Below are positions 48,500-61,329 of a stretch of 64,000 nt of DNA, piece by piece (positions within the stretch are counted from its first letter, which is position 1; the number at the start of each line of letters is the position of its first letter). The DNA is from Azolla caroliniana. Its lineage: Eukaryota; Plantae; Polypodiophyta. The DNA is taken from the NCBI GenBank assembly GCA_043228905.1, contig JBHGNT010000016.1, positions 11,718,001-11,782,000 on the forward strand. Reading direction: 5' to 3'. The translations under genes were made by a program, and so were the position numbers. The notes beneath the pieces were generated by a model that was not told the DNA's origin, made no database searches, and was given only the letters and a program-made list of their open reading frames with translations.

Positions 48500-51400
48500 G
48501 GGCATGGTTCGGTTTCTGTTCGGTCCGGTCTTAGCCTTAAAACAAACCAAACCATTTATTCATAATAAAAACCAAACCGTTTAAAATTTTTGAAGTCATT
48601 TAAACCAAACTGTTTAAAAAGAAAGAGAAACCAAACCGTTTACGAAAATTTTAGAACCCAACCAAACTGGTTTACCACAAATCAAAACCAAACTGGGTTA
48701 TCATAGATCAAGACCAAACCGGTTTCACATAAATCAAAACCAAACCAAACCAAATAGTTTTCGACATAATCCAACCAAAATTGAACTATAGATCGAACCA
48801 AACTAGAGACTCTAGAACATCATAATAAACAAAAATTTACACAACATTTTCTAAAGAATTTAAAGAATCAAATAAAATACAAAATAGTAAAAATTACAAT
48901 GACTTTGACGATCTCCAATTGCAATTGCCATTGTCCCTAACTTGTGAAGAATCAACATGGTTCCAGTATGTATAAAATACATAAAACAAGTATGTACTTA
49001 GTAATAAAAATAATAATTAAAGACTCAAATAAAAAACAAAATAGTAAAAAGTATGCACACCTTATTTTCCATTGACCATCATGTAATATATAATCTATTA
49101 CCTCGTCTTCACCAACAAGATCATCCAAATCCATTCTTAGTTCTTCATAAGTAGCATGAAAATTATCCGTCAACCGAACATTAGATTCTTGTAAAACATC
49201 CATCCATGATCAAATACACATTTCAGCTTTGAATGTGCATGAATGAAGTTTGATCCTATTATCAAAGGTCTTTTTTGTTGCCGAATTAGCCTCTTCAGTA
49301 GGTACTAATGATGTTGGTACAACGAGGCAATCACATGCCATGATATATAGTTGTGGCATTGCGGGGTCCTTGTCCGTGCCAGCTGAAGAGGTCTTATAAA
49401 GTGATCAATTTATGATCGTGAATCGGAAACAAGGATTTTATTATTTACACCCTTTAACCTCCAAATTTTAGAGTTATTATCATTTGGAGGTATTGTGGTT
49501 GAAGCCGAAGGTGGTTCGACATCACTTGAGAACGAGTGGTAATGGGATGCAATCATGCTTTCAACCAACTTAATATCTAACTCTCTTTGTGTATGATCAT
49601 TTGGAGAGGGAAATGAATTGTATATATACAACATGTGGACTTCTCCAAATGCTTACCAAATTTTTGACTTCATTAGTACAATTTGGATGGAAAGAAAGAA
49701 CCATTTTGTTATCCTTTCCACACGGGGTGCTCAGAGGTGTTGTAAATAGATATTTCTTCGATGTAATTTCTCATACTAGGAGAAAAGACATGATGAATCC
49801 CTTCTCAATTACAAATAGTTCCATTGGGGGGGGTCGGCGGGTGCCTCTTTTCACACCATTATAATTTTTTCTTGATTGATAGCAAATCAGCATTGAAGCA
49901 TGCTGATTTTTCCTTTGTAAATTTATTATCCCCTCTCAATGTATCTATCATAAGGATGATCTTTTAGAGCTTTCAGGCAATGTTATGCACTATGTAATGA
50001 TTGAGGAAAGGTTGGTGGAATCATTAAAGATGAAGTGGGGAGATGCTAAGAGGAAAAAACTAGAATACTACATTACAAATGTCAACCCTAAATGTTGGTC
50101 TCAATATAAAGCAAGAATGCTCATTGATCATATCCAACCTTATCTCATTACCAATATGAGTAGTAATGCTCGTAGAGCCCTTACACTACTTCGCACTCAA
50201 TCTCACAAGTTAGGTATTGAAGTTGCATCATGGTATCAAAATGTAACTAATTTGAAGACATGCAAAGTATGCAATTAAGGCATGGTAGATGATGAATGTC
50301 ACTTGCTCTTCACATGCTCGACATATAGTGCAATTCGTTCAAGATATGTTGACATACTACGAGGGAGTGATAACTTAAGTGCCATACGTAAGACACCACC
50401 TAGAAGGTTGAGCTCATATGTGTATGCTTTAGTCACACATAAAGACTTTGTGCTTCAATGTATGAATACCCCTTCTCAGGAAGGAGACACATATCAAGAA
50501 CACATGTATACTCTGGTCCCATAGGTCAAAATTGGCCTCTTTATGGATGATAAAAATTCTATTTCTAATAAAAATTTCTGAATTGATAACAATGAGCATT
50601 ATTGTGGCAGCTGGATTTATTTTTTCATGGTAAATTTTTTATGAGGATGGGAAATTCCTATTGGATAGGTTTGCCAAAAGATTCTGGTGACCCACTTTCG
50701 TGGGGTTGTTTTGTCTCTATGTTAAGGAAACATGAGAAGTTCATGTAGCCCACACAATGAGTTATGCTTCCAATGGGTGATAATGGTTGATATTCCAACG
50801 TCTAAACATTATGGGGCAGCATCCATGTATTAGATACCAACTATGTTATGCTTCAAGCGGCTGATAGTGGAACGTCTAAGAGATTAATGGTCCAACATCC
50901 ATGCATCAGATACTAACTATGAGACATCAATTGTTCCATTATGTCCTTTTTCATGTCTCACCTTTCATCCTATCTAGACTAATCTTGGTCATTGCCAGAA
51001 ACTGTTTGGAGACGAAATTACATGAGGTCTTATTTAGGTTTTTCAAGCTTTTTGAAAGATCAGTGAGGGAAGAGAAAAGAGAACTTTTTATAATATTATC
51101 AAGGAATACCTATATGCTCTTGCTATCTTGACAAATCTTAGTCATTGGAAAATGATATTTTACAAGTCTTAGTTACAAAATCAAACTTCTAATAGGGTAT
51201 TAATTGGATTGTAATCATTGTGCATTTAATTGGATTGCACGTAATGTGTAAAACTTATTGTGCATTTTACTTGTGCATCTAATTTTTTTATCTAGGTTTT
51301 GACCTCTATAAAAAGTGCACTTAAAAGAATGACACGCTTAAGTGGACGCACACTAATTCAATATTTCATATGCTTTTGAAAACTCACTTGAGAAAATAAT

Positions 51401-52010
51401 TAGTGATAAATAAAAGTTCAACATTTGACATGCTTTCAAAACTCACTTGAGGAACAATGAGTGAATCGTGATAGATAAAGGTTCAACATTTCACGTGCTT
51501 TCAAAACTCACTTGAGAAAACAACCAGTAATAGATAAAGGTTTGAACTTACGACGCTACAAACTCAGAACTATTTAAATTCTGAATTTCAAACCGAACTG
51601 TGAACCTTTAAATTGTTCTCAGATGAACGGGTCAAGACACCTACAAACCGCCAAACCACTAATTCCATGGTTCAATTTCAGCTCAAACCCAAAAAATTGG
51701 GAAACGCACTCAATTTTCCACAAAAGGGTTATGTTTTGAACTCCAAAGGAGAACAGGATTCAAAGTCAAAATTTCATAATAGTGTATAATAATAGTATAC
51801 ATATTGTAAAGTTAATTTCTACATTTAATTAATATTTCAAAAATGACCCGAAAATCATCAAGTCATTTAAACACCAATTTGAAGCTGAATAAACCACAAG
51901 CTATTACGCCAGTAAAATAAAGTCTTAAACCAAATCAAACCAAACCCTTGAATCCCAAAGCCAAGCTAAGCCACACCATATACAAAATTTTAAACTTGAG
52001 CTAAATCGAT
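48500..52010 (-). mobile_element. Degenerate hAT DNA transposon
   Basis: AAACC subterminal arrays at ~48540-48800 and ~51925-51975. The minus strand at 49200-49360 reads MPQLYIMACDCLVVPTSLVPTEEANS...AEMCI*SW, resembling the hAT dimerisation domain. Ends are uncertain. Confidence 0.6.
49940..50580 (+). mobile_element. 5'-truncated LINE 3' fragment
   Basis: LRTQSHKLGIEV...CKVC...DDECHLLFTC C-terminal zinc finger and a short tandem A-rich tail. Confidence 0.7.
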
Positions 52011-52523
52011 GAAGCCTTTTAAGTCATAGTTTTGTGGCCGTATGTAGAGAAGGTTTTTAGTATTTTTATACTCTATTGTAAGTTCTCCGATAGCTAGCAA
52101 AAATCTTATCAGGTAGTCTTCATTATCCGATGTAATCAATTAAAACATTGTCGATTGACTTCATATGAGGTTGAAGTTCCCAAGAGGTGAATATTTGATA
52201 GTTTAGAAATGTCAAGGCGTCTGAACCATTGAGACACACTTCATTAAGACTGAAAATCTACATTCGTCTCAGTTAAAAGTATTTCAGGTAGAATTGATTG
52301 AACATAGTCACATCTATCTACTCTACAATGCTCATCTCTATCAATCGCTTAGCACATCCCAAATGATGCTGAATTTTACAATATAAGTTTCAGAAAATGC
52401 CTAATTTTATTATTTGGTATTTAAGCACACCTTGGTTCTTGAAACAATAACATTTTCTCACGTTAAGGAACTATACTTTGAATGGAACTTTCTTCCATAA
52501 AGCAGTCGGTTGATGTGGAAGCA

Positions 52524-52622
52524 TCACAACAACCTTAAGAAAACAGATGCTGCAGCTACCCGGCATCGCAAATCTGCAATGTCTATATCATGACCTCCTT
52601 CAACAAGTCCCCATTCTTCAAT
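52524..52622 (-). CDS. ATP12: Terminal coding exon of mitochondrial F1-ATP synthase assembly factor ATP12/ATPAF2
   Basis: After the acceptor ttgttgcAG it reads IEEWGLVEGGHDIDIADLRCRVAAASVFLRLL*, matching the plant ATP12 C-terminal WGLVEGGHDIDIADL motif. It is too short for the ORF track. Confidence 0.85.
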   Translation of the reverse strand: MEEWGLVEGGHDIDIADLRCRVAAASVFLRLL

Positions 52623-52984
52623 CTGCAACAAGATTAGAAACATACCATGAGCCTATTAGTATGTATAAAACTCTTATCTAAAACTCAACTAGGGTTGTCC
52701 AAGAGAGGGAATGACGTTTGAAATGATGAAGCAAATGCTAAAGAGAGGGAATGATACTTTCTCCTTTAATTACAATATATCAATAGAATTCTACCATTAT
52801 TTCATGGTGACAACTTTCAAGGTAATCATCGGAGATAAATTGAGGAATGGCATTCCAAATGGGACATTCATGGGAGCAAGCACATGACAGAAATCTGGAG
52901 TTTGCTATTTTAATCTGTTTTAACATTTCTTATCAGTGTCTATGGCTGGCCGTATTTGTTCATAGAACAAGTTACTTCTCTCTT

Positions 52985-53225
52985 TTTCAATCACATGGCA
53001 TAAGCATAAATACATTACCCCCATTCCAATATAGCTTGGATTGACCCATCTAAACATGACCAAAGCAGAAAAGAATAGAGTGATCCAAACTGGTATTATT
53101 AACTTGGAAAACAAGATAACATCGATCGCCCCAAAATATCACTTGATAGGAAGATGGCACATTATAAAACACCTTTTACACACATCAGAGGATGGATTCA
53201 TCATCAGGCCATCATATAAGGATGC
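52985..53225 (+). mobile_element. LINE fragment homologous to ~54830-55070
   Basis: SHGISINTLPPFQYSL...HTSEDGFIIRP is shared with the downstream LINE. Confidence 0.8.
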
Positions 53226-55790
53226 CATATATTGTATCAAATACAAAATATAAAATACAATATATATGGAAATGGCTAAACTAATTACACAAAACTAGCA
53301 TAAAACCTGGACCAAGAGAGGATAAAGGCCCCAAGGCCTTTTTTTGTTTATATTTTGTCCCATCTATGTGAAAGCTCCCTTTGAGAGCTTTCTAGACATA
53401 TATCTTCACTATATATTTGCCCCCAATTTGAAGGGTTATAGGCATTTACATTATCTTTATAATTTTTGGTCATTGGCCATGTGTGAACATGGCCAAATGA
53501 CCTAAAAGTTACTTATCAATAAAAAATGGTCCCAAATCTCAAATAACAAGATAAGGACTTTTGGCAGCAAGGGTTTCCTCTCCATTTTTCTGTATAGTTT
53601 TCTCTACTATAGGACAATGATGCTTGGCCATGATGCCAAGCAACTATAGGACAATCATGATTGGCCATTACTTGGCTAAACTATATGGCTCGATTCTAGA
53701 ATCAGAATTGAGTATATGGGCAGAGTGGAATGGCTGCCGTTCAGTTGGACAGGCAGGCTTTCGAAAGGGGTTCACAACTTTGGATCACACATTGACCCTC
53801 CAGGCCCTTATTGAGGAGGGCAGACCACATAATAAGAGGATTTAATGCTGCTTTGTGGATTTCCGAAACACTGTTGACACTGACACGTGCTCGGCTTATG
53901 CAGCAGCTAGAAAACCTTGGTGTTCCTACAGATATGCAATGGGGAATCTATGCACTCTATGAATCCATGTCAGGAAAAGTGCGGTCTTCTAAGGGTTTGT
54001 CAGAGGCGGTGGCTAGCACAGTCGGAGTGAAGCAAGGATGCCCACTATCACCCACTCTCTTCGGTCTCTATATAGATGAGGTATCACATTACATAGAGAG
54101 ATTCGGGGGTTCCTGGCAGGCATAGCTATACAAATATTACTATATGCTGATGATATTGTGCTGATTTCTGACTCTTCGAGGGACTACAAAGACATCTAAA
54201 TGTCTTGAACTATTTTGTATAGACAAAGGTTTGTCAATCAACATGGATAAAACTAAAGTGATGGTGTTTAACACCACTCAAGCATGGGTAACAAGATCAG
54301 AACCGGAATTCTTCTTGGGAGAGGAAAAGGTGGAATACACATGCTCCACATACCTAGGCGTAACATTTACAGGGCCTAGGTTCTCCTTACAGGAGGCTGC
54401 TTGTGCCCAACTTTGTCGTGGATATGCAGCCCTTGGTGCTCTCAAGAGACAATGTGCACATTTGCCGTTCCAAGAGCCACGAACTCAGCTATGGTTATTT
54501 GATGCACTTGTCACATCAACTCTTCTCTATGGAGTAGAAACATGGGGACTGAGTCTTAACAAGGCAAATCATTGGAAAGATTTTGAGAGACCTTTAGTGT
54601 CAATGATTGCCCGCATGATAAGGAGCAAAGCATCAGTGCCCCACGATAAAATCCGGGCAGAGATGGGAGCTGCACCTATAATCACAGAGGCATTGTTCTG
54701 AGCAGTGACATTTATCCAACGTCTTTGGGAGCTCCCTAAAGAAAGGTACCCAAGCTTGGCACTTATGTCGTCAAGACAACTGGCTAAAAATGGAGACATT
54801 CATTGTTGGTATGCTGAAATGCAGCAATGGTTCGAGTCACATGGCATGAGTATAGATGCACTACCCCCATTCCAATATAGCTTGAACTATCCCCATCTAA
54901 ATATGACCAAAGTGGAAAAAAAATAGAGTGATCCGAACTGATATTATTAACTTGGAAAACAAGATAACATGGATTGCCCCAAAATATCACTTGGTACGAA
55001 GATGGCCCACTATAAGACACTTCTTACACACATCGGAGGATGGATTCATCATCAGGCCACCTTATATAGACATACATCTATCTTACGCGTTGCGCAATGT
55101 GATAGGGCAATTGTGAACTTCATCACATCAATTACAAATTGAGGTAAGCAGATATACACGAATACCTCTAGAAGAAAGAATTTACCAATTGTGTCATCAA
55201 GGAGTGGAATCTGAAGAACACTATGTTTTTCACTGTAGTGTCTTTTATAAAATCAGAGGGGGATACCATTGCCTCATTAAACAAGGCTTTGGCCCGCTAC
55301 GCAAGGTAATGGAATATGAAGACCAATGGTGCCTAGGACTTTTTTTGCTAGAGCTCAAGAGACATCGGCAAAAGTTGTTGAAGAATACAGCCACACAAGG
55401 TCATCCACAAAGAACAATCACAACTTTCATTAGGCCCATCACTCCTACTAATGCTACAAGTCAATCAAGGGATACACAAATGGGATCCCGACCAAGACAT
55501 AACAAAGGGGTTACAATTGATCGGGCAATAGTAATTTGTTTTGCACGTAGGCCCCAGCCCTAGGGATCGGCAACGGTTCGGTTTAGGCTTAGCCAGTTTG
55601 GCCTGATCCAAGACAAACCGGCTAAGCCTAAACCATTTACGAAATCTCAAACCTGAGCCGAGCCCAGCCACAAACCGGTTTAGCCTAAACCGGTTTGTGA
55701 ACCGATTTGGTAAATGGCTTGTAAACCGGTTTCCAAACCTCCCTCTCTCTCTCAGATGATCCACTATATACTATACATTGTACAAGCTCT

Positions 55791-58700
55791 TGTTAGGTGT
55801 AAAGGCCCGTAGTTCACAAATTAGGTAATTATTCGTATATGTGAACACATTGTTCACTTGGACAGGACACCTCCTTTTATAATGTGAACACACCACTTTC
55901 TATGTAAGGTTAACTAATATAATAACCTTCTTTTTTCTTGTGTACCAATCAAGGCGGTTGGGTACACCAAAGATCTGTGTGTCTCTACTCTCATCTCTAC
56001 TACAGTCCTGTTTTGCTGAACGTCATCTCTCAATAGCTGATCCGTCAAACATCCCTCTTTACCTTTAACTGGTATCAGAGCCAAATTTCTTTTCTCTACT
56101 TTGCTGTTTTTCTTTAGATTCAGAATCAGCAGAAAACACAGATTTAAAAAATAAAAAAAAATAAAAAATAAAAAATCTGTCTGACCCTTTTCTATTGGTA
56201 TTCTGCTCAATTTCTGAAGGCATCTGTCATAAATCTTGGGAGCAATGGCCTCCACTTCAGCTGAAGTGAAAAACCTCTTTGAAATCAAGAGATTTGATGG
56301 AAAAGGTTTCGAATTATGGAAAGAGCGTATGCTGGGCATCCTCTTTCTAAGAGATTGTGAAGATGCTCTTGTAGAAACGAAACCAGAGAGCATGGAAAAT
56401 GATGCTTGGAACACTCTGAATAAGAAAGCCATTACATATATTAAAATGGCTGTTTCTGATGAAATTCTTGTAGATGTAAAGGGCTTGACTACTGCCCATC
56501 AAGTTTGGGAGAAACTTAAGAAAACTTACGAGAATACTACTCCTGTGAATCAGGTGCATTTGATGAGAAAACTTGTCAGTATGAGGCTTGATGAGTCGAA
56601 AGGTGCAACAGAGCATCTATCTTTATTCACAGGTACTCTCTCCCAACTACAAGATTCAGGATTACCAGCTTTTGATGACAAGCTCAAAGCTATCTTCCTA
56701 CTTATGACTTTACCGGATTCGTGGGAAACATTAGTTGTTTCACTATCTAATAGCCCCACCTTGACCTTCGATGGTGTGCGGGGCTCTATTCTCAGTGAAG
56801 AGATTAGAAGACAATCTAGCAGAGAAGGTAGTGGTTCAGCATACAATATTAGGGGGAGATATGATAAGAGGAACCCAAATGTAGGACAAAGAAATAGAAG
56901 TAAGAGTAGAGGGAAAGGAAAACAGCAAGATATCACTTGCTATCATTGTGGCCGTAAAGGTCATAAGAAACCTGATTGTAGATATTGGAAGATGGAACTA
57001 GAAAGGAAGAAGAATGTTGGAGAGAAGAAAAACAAAGAGGATAAGTTTAATACAACAGAGAAAGCTAATATGGCTTCAAATGTTATCATTGAAGAGCTAT
57101 CTGGTGAAGATGGTGATGTACTTTGTATTACAGGTGATGCCTTTATAGCTCATGTTCAAGACATGCAAATCACCAAAACAGATGTTATTGATGCTTTATT
57201 GTCAATCGATGATGGATTGACACAGACATGGATAGTAGACTCTGGGGCTTCGTTTCATGTTACTCCATGTTTGGAGTGCTTTACCACATTTGATGCAGGC
57301 AGTTATGGAAAAGTTTATCTTGGTAACAATAGTGCTTGCAATATTGATGGTATTGGAACCATACACTTGTCTTTGGATAATGGTCAAGAGCTTGTGCTCA
57401 AAGATGTTAGGTATGTACCTGGCATAAAGAAAAGTTTGCTATCTGTAGGACAGATGGATTTGCATGGTTACACCACATTATTCGGTGGTGGATTATGGAA
57501 ACTAAAGAAAGGATCTATGGTTATTGTGAAAGGTTGCAAAAAGGGCACTCTGTACTGTTTGCAATGTAAAGCTTTACCTGGAAAGTTTCTTGCTATTGCT
57601 GAATTCGACTCTCGTTTAGAGCTTTGGCATAAGAGATTAGGACATATGAGCCAAAAAGGACTTGAAGTCCTTTCTGCTTTAAAAAGATTTGATGTTAAAG
57701 GATCAAAGCTGGTTTTTTGTAATGATTGTCTATTTGGCAAACAAGTGAGAAATTCTTATTATTCTGGTATCTCTCGTAAACCAAATGTGCTAGATTTGGT
57801 GCATTCTGATGTATGTAGCATGCCTGTAAAATCCTTGGGCGGTGCTGCATATTTTATTTCCTTTATCGATGATTATTCTAGGAAGATTTGGGTGTACTTG
57901 ATGAAAAGAAAAGGTGATGCATTTGATGCATTTAAATCTTTTCATGCATTTGTGACTACTCAAAAAGGGACAAAACTGAAATGTCTCAGAACAGATAATG
58001 GGGGTGAGTTTACATCTGCAGAATTTAAGTCTTATTGTGACTTACATGGTATTAAAAGAGAGCTTACTGCTCCATATAACCCTTCATCAAATGGGGTGGC
58101 AGAAAGGTATAATAGGACCTTGTGTGAGCGAGTACGATGCATGCTGTCCACAGCTAATCTCCCTCATGAATTTTGGGGAGAAGCATTAAAAACTGCGGTT
58201 CATATATGTAATCGTTCTCCCAACAAGTCCTTAAAAAATGGAATCCCTGAGGAGGTTTGGTCTGGCAAACCAGCTTCATATGACCATTTACGAATTTTCG
58301 GTTGTGATGCGTTTGTACACATTAGAAGTGAGCTGAGAAATAAGCTCGATGCTAAGTCCACCATGGGCATTTTTATGGGCTATGGTGATGAAGGTGAAAT
58401 GGGCTATAGGATTTGGTTACCTCAGTCCAGAAAAATTGTACGCAGCCGGGATGTTGTTTTTAATGAAGAAAAATTGCTGAAAAATGCTTGTTCCTCTGTT
58501 GGGAACTCTAAGAGCGTTACATTTCAGCAATTACAGCCATCCACAAAATCTGAAAATAAACCTCATGATGCTATACCAAAGGTTGAATATGATGGTCAAC
58601 CGGTTATCTTTGAGCCAGAAGAAGTTGGACAGCAAAGAGATGCTCATGAAGATATTGGTCAACGAGATGAAGGTACTGAAGAACAAAATATAGATGTCGA

Positions 58701-60731
58701 ACAACATGCTGGACATGGTTCGCAACAGCCAGAAAGTGCTGAAAATGATTTTCCTCCAGATTTAGAACCAATCCCAGAAAATACTGATCATTGGGTACGT
58801 AGGTCTAATCGTTCAAGGAGGCAGGTATATAGATATGACCCCTCTTTGCATTATGTCATGCTGTCAGATGAGGGTGAACCTCTTACTTATAAGGAGGCAA
58901 TGTCATGTGAACTTAGTAGTAAGTGGGAGCTTGCAATGCAAGAAGAAATAAAATCTTTATATGCAAATGATACATGGGATCTTGTGTCCTTACCTCAAGG
59001 AAGGAAAGCTCTTCCAAATAAGTGGGTTTATAAGGTAAAGGAAATTGAAGGGAAACCAAAATACAAGGCAAGATTAGTTGCCAAGGGTTATGCACAGAAG
59101 GAAGGTATTGACTTCCAAGAGGTCTTCTCTCCTGTTGTGAAGATGACCACACTTCGTGTGCTATTTGCTCTCACTGCAATGCTTAATTTGGAGTTGTACC
59201 AAATGGATGTAAAGACCGCTTTTTTGCATGGTGATATTGATGAAGAGATCTACATGAAACAACCTGAGGGTTTTGTAGTCTCTAACAAGGAGCATTTGGT
59301 ATGCAAACTAAAACGTAGCTTGTATGGCCTAAAACAAGCACCACGACAGTGGTATAAGAAGTTTGATACTTTTATGCTTTCTCAAGGCTTTGATCGTAGC
59401 TATGCAGATCATTGTTTATACACAAAAAAGGATATCGATGACAGTCCTATCATACTTGTTCTATATGTGGATGATATGTTGCTAGCTGGGAAAAGAAAGA
59501 CTAGTCTTGATGCTCTAAAAGATCAACTGAAATTGGTCTTCTCTATGAAAGATTTGGGAAATGCAGAGCATATTTTGGGCATGAGAATCAATAGAAACAG
59601 AAAAGACAAATTGTTGTTTTTGTCACAAGAAAAGTACATTGAAAAAGTGCTTAACAGATTTAATATGGCAGAAGCAAAGTCTCTTGGAGTTCCTTTGCCG
59701 TCATATCTTAAACTCAGCAAGGCTGATTGTCCAAAGGATGAGATGGAAATCAATGCTATGAAGGGAATTCCTTATGCATCAGCATGTGGTTCTCTAATGT
59801 ATGCTATGGTAGCTACTCGTCCAGATATTGCTTATGCAGTGGGAGTTGTTAGTCGCTATATGTCTAATCCCGGGAAAGCACATTGGGAGGCTGTCAAGTG
59901 TGTTTTCAGGTATCTTAAAGGTACACAAAGAAAATGTTTATGCTATGGGAAGGGTGCATTAAATTTGCAGGGATATTGTGATGCAGACATGGCAGGTGAC
60001 TTGGATACACGTAAGTCTACTAGCGGGTATATATTTACAGTTGCTGGTGGAGCAGTGTCTTGGTGCTCCAAATTGCAAAAGATTGTAGCACTGAGTACTA
60101 CTGAAGCTGAATATATTTCAGCTTCAGAAGCTTCAAAGGAAGCTATATGGCTCAGCAGACTTGGTGAAGATCTTGGCATGTCTGTTAGTACTCCTGTGTT
60201 AGGATGTGATAGCCAGAGTGCTGTGTATCTGGCTAAGAATGCCATGTTTCATTCGCGCACCAAACACATTGATGTGCGACATCACTTTATCAGACAAGTT
60301 TTGGAGGATGGTCTAGTCACATTGACCAAGATCAAAACACAGGATAATCCTGCAGATATTCTCACTAAAAGTCTTGGCAAAGCTCAACATGAGCATTGCA
60401 TACAGTTAGTGGGAGTTACTTGAATGTTCACATCGGACCTTTAAGTGGGAGGTTGTTAGGTGTAAAGGCCCGTAGTTCACAAATTAGGTAATTATTCGTA
60501 TATGTGAACACATTGTTCACTTGGACAGGACACCTCCTTTTATAATGTGAACACACCACTTTCTATGTAAGGTTAACTAATATAATAACCTTCTTTTTTC
60601 TTGTGTACCAATCAAGGCGGTTGGGTACACCAAAGATCTGTGTGTCTCTACTCTCATCTCTACTACAGTCCTGTTTTGCTGAACGTCATCTCTCAATAGC
60701 TGATCCGTCAAACATCCCTCTTTACCTTTAA
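55791..60731 (+). mobile_element. Intact Ty1/copia element L
   Basis: LTRs 55791-56068 and 60454-60731 read as identical; TSD (A)GCTCT; PBS-iMet 56070-56082; PPT ~60443-60452. Confidence 0.97.
56245..60423 (+). CDS. Complete copia Gag-PR-INT-RT-RNase H polyprotein (1392 aa)
   Basis: Single open frame: CYHCGRKGHKKPDC, VDSGAS, HKRLGH, D..D..E, YVDD, RNase H. Confidence 0.97.
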   Translation: MASTSAEVKNLFEIKRFDGKGFELWKERMLGILFLRDCEDALVETKPESMENDAWNTLNKKAITYIKMAVSDEILVDVKGLTTAHQVWEKLKKTYENTTPVNQVHLMRKLVSMRLDESKGATEHLSLFTGTLSQLQDSGLPAFDDKLKAIFLLMTLPDSWETLVVSLSNSPTLTFDGVRGSILSEEIRRQSSREGSGSAYNIRGRYDKRNPNVGQRNRSKSRGKGKQQDITCYHCGRKGHKKPDCRYWKMELERKKNVGEKKNKEDKFNTTEKANMASNVIIEELSGEDGDVLCITGDAFIAHVQDMQITKTDVIDALLSIDDGLTQTWIVDSGASFHVTPCLECFTTFDAGSYGKVYLGNNSACNIDGIGTIHLSLDNGQELVLKDVRYVPGIKKSLLSVGQMDLHGYTTLFGGGLWKLKKGSMVIVKGCKKGTLYCLQCKALPGKFLAIAEFDSRLELWHKRLGHMSQKGLEVLSALKRFDVKGSKLVFCNDCLFGKQVRNSYYSGISRKPNVLDLVHSDVCSMPVKSLGGAAYFISFIDDYSRKIWVYLMKRKGDAFDAFKSFHAFVTTQKGTKLKCLRTDNGGEFTSAEFKSYCDLHGIKRELTAPYNPSSNGVAERYNRTLCERVRCMLSTANLPHEFWGEALKTAVHICNRSPNKSLKNGIPEEVWSGKPASYDHLRIFGCDAFVHIRSELRNKLDAKSTMGIFMGYGDEGEMGYRIWLPQSRKIVRSRDVVFNEEKLLKNACSSVGNSKSVTFQQLQPSTKSENKPHDAIPKVEYDGQPVIFEPEEVGQQRDAHEDIGQRDEGTEEQNIDVEQHAGHGSQQPESAENDFPPDLEPIPENTDHWVRRSNRSRRQVYRYDPSLHYVMLSDEGEPLTYKEAMSCELSSKWELAMQEEIKSLYANDTWDLVSLPQGRKALPNKWVYKVKEIEGKPKYKARLVAKGYAQKEGIDFQEVFSPVVKMTTLRVLFALTAMLNLELYQMDVKTAFLHGDIDEEIYMKQPEGFVVSNKEHLVCKLKRSLYGLKQAPRQWYKKFDTFMLSQGFDRSYADHCLYTKKDIDDSPIILVLYVDDMLLAGKRKTSLDALKDQLKLVFSMKDLGNAEHILGMRINRNRKDKLLFLSQEKYIEKVLNRFNMAEAKSLGVPLPSYLKLSKADCPKDEMEINAMKGIPYASACGSLMYAMVATRPDIAYAVGVVSRYMSNPGKAHWEAVKCVFRYLKGTQRKCLCYGKGALNLQGYCDADMAGDLDTRKSTSGYIFTVAGGAVSWCSKLQKIVALSTTEAEYISASEASKEAIWLSRLGEDLGMSVSTPVLGCDSQSAVYLAKNAMFHSRTKHIDVRHHFIRQVLEDGLVTLTKIKTQDNPADILTKSLGKAQHEHCIQLVGVT

Positions 60732-61329
60732 GCTCTCCCTCCCTCCCTCTCTCTCTCCACGTCTGTGTAGTTCTCCCTCCCTCCCTCTCTCTCTCTCTCT
60801 CTTTCCCCTTGTGTGTTGTCTCTCTCACCCTCTCTCTAAAGTTTATAAACGGCTTAAACAGTTTAGCCGGCTTAGCCGGCTTGGGCTGGTTTGGCGAGGC
60901 TCAAGCCGAGCCGAGCCGAGCTCAAACCGTTAAGGCAAGTTCAAGCCTAAACCGAGCCGAGCCGAGCCGAGCCACTAAGCCGTTTTCAAGCCGGCTAAGC
61001 CAAACAGTTTAGGCTTGAGCCGAGCCGAGCCGCTACGCCGTTTTCAACCCGGCTAAGCCAAACGGTTTAGGCTTGAGCTGAGCCGTTGCCGATCCCTACC
61101 CGGCCCCATGGACCACGACCTCAACATCCTTGTCATCGACAGATAAAAGCAATTATCTGCCGCCATCACACGTGCTTCCCTCGCTTCGGAGACCTTTCCA
61201 TTTTGGATCAACCTATGCTAGAGATCTTTCGAAGCCAAAAGTTACAATACATCTAACTTGAGAATCTCACATGTGCCAAAAACCAGTTTCCCTTGTCTCT
61301 TTTTATCTTATTTATTTTTATATTTACAG

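Larger units (their letters stand above)
55561..61098. mobile_element. Non-autonomous hAT element (MITE, ~600 bp without copia L)
   Basis: Perfect 16-bp TIR TAGGGATCGGCAACGG; 8-bp TSD cccagccc/cccggccc; subterminal agccg/aaacc repeats. Confidence 0.92.
53600..61260 (+). mobile_element. 5'-truncated RTE-like LINE, split by the MITE at 55561-61098
   Basis: NYRTIMIG, QAGFRKG, GVKQGCPLSPTLF, LLYADD and a C-terminal ESEEHYVFHC. The sequence resumes at 61099. Confidence 0.85.

Noticed and set aside
51340-51545. Three ~70-bp degenerate repeats (tttcaaaactcacttgag)
   Set aside because: They are real but most likely internal or subterminal repeats of the decayed DNA transposon, with no independent evidence of function.
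55914-56432. 172-aa antisense ORF over L's LTR/gag
   Set aside because: It has an alternative start, spans LTR/UTR low-complexity sequence and shows no domain.
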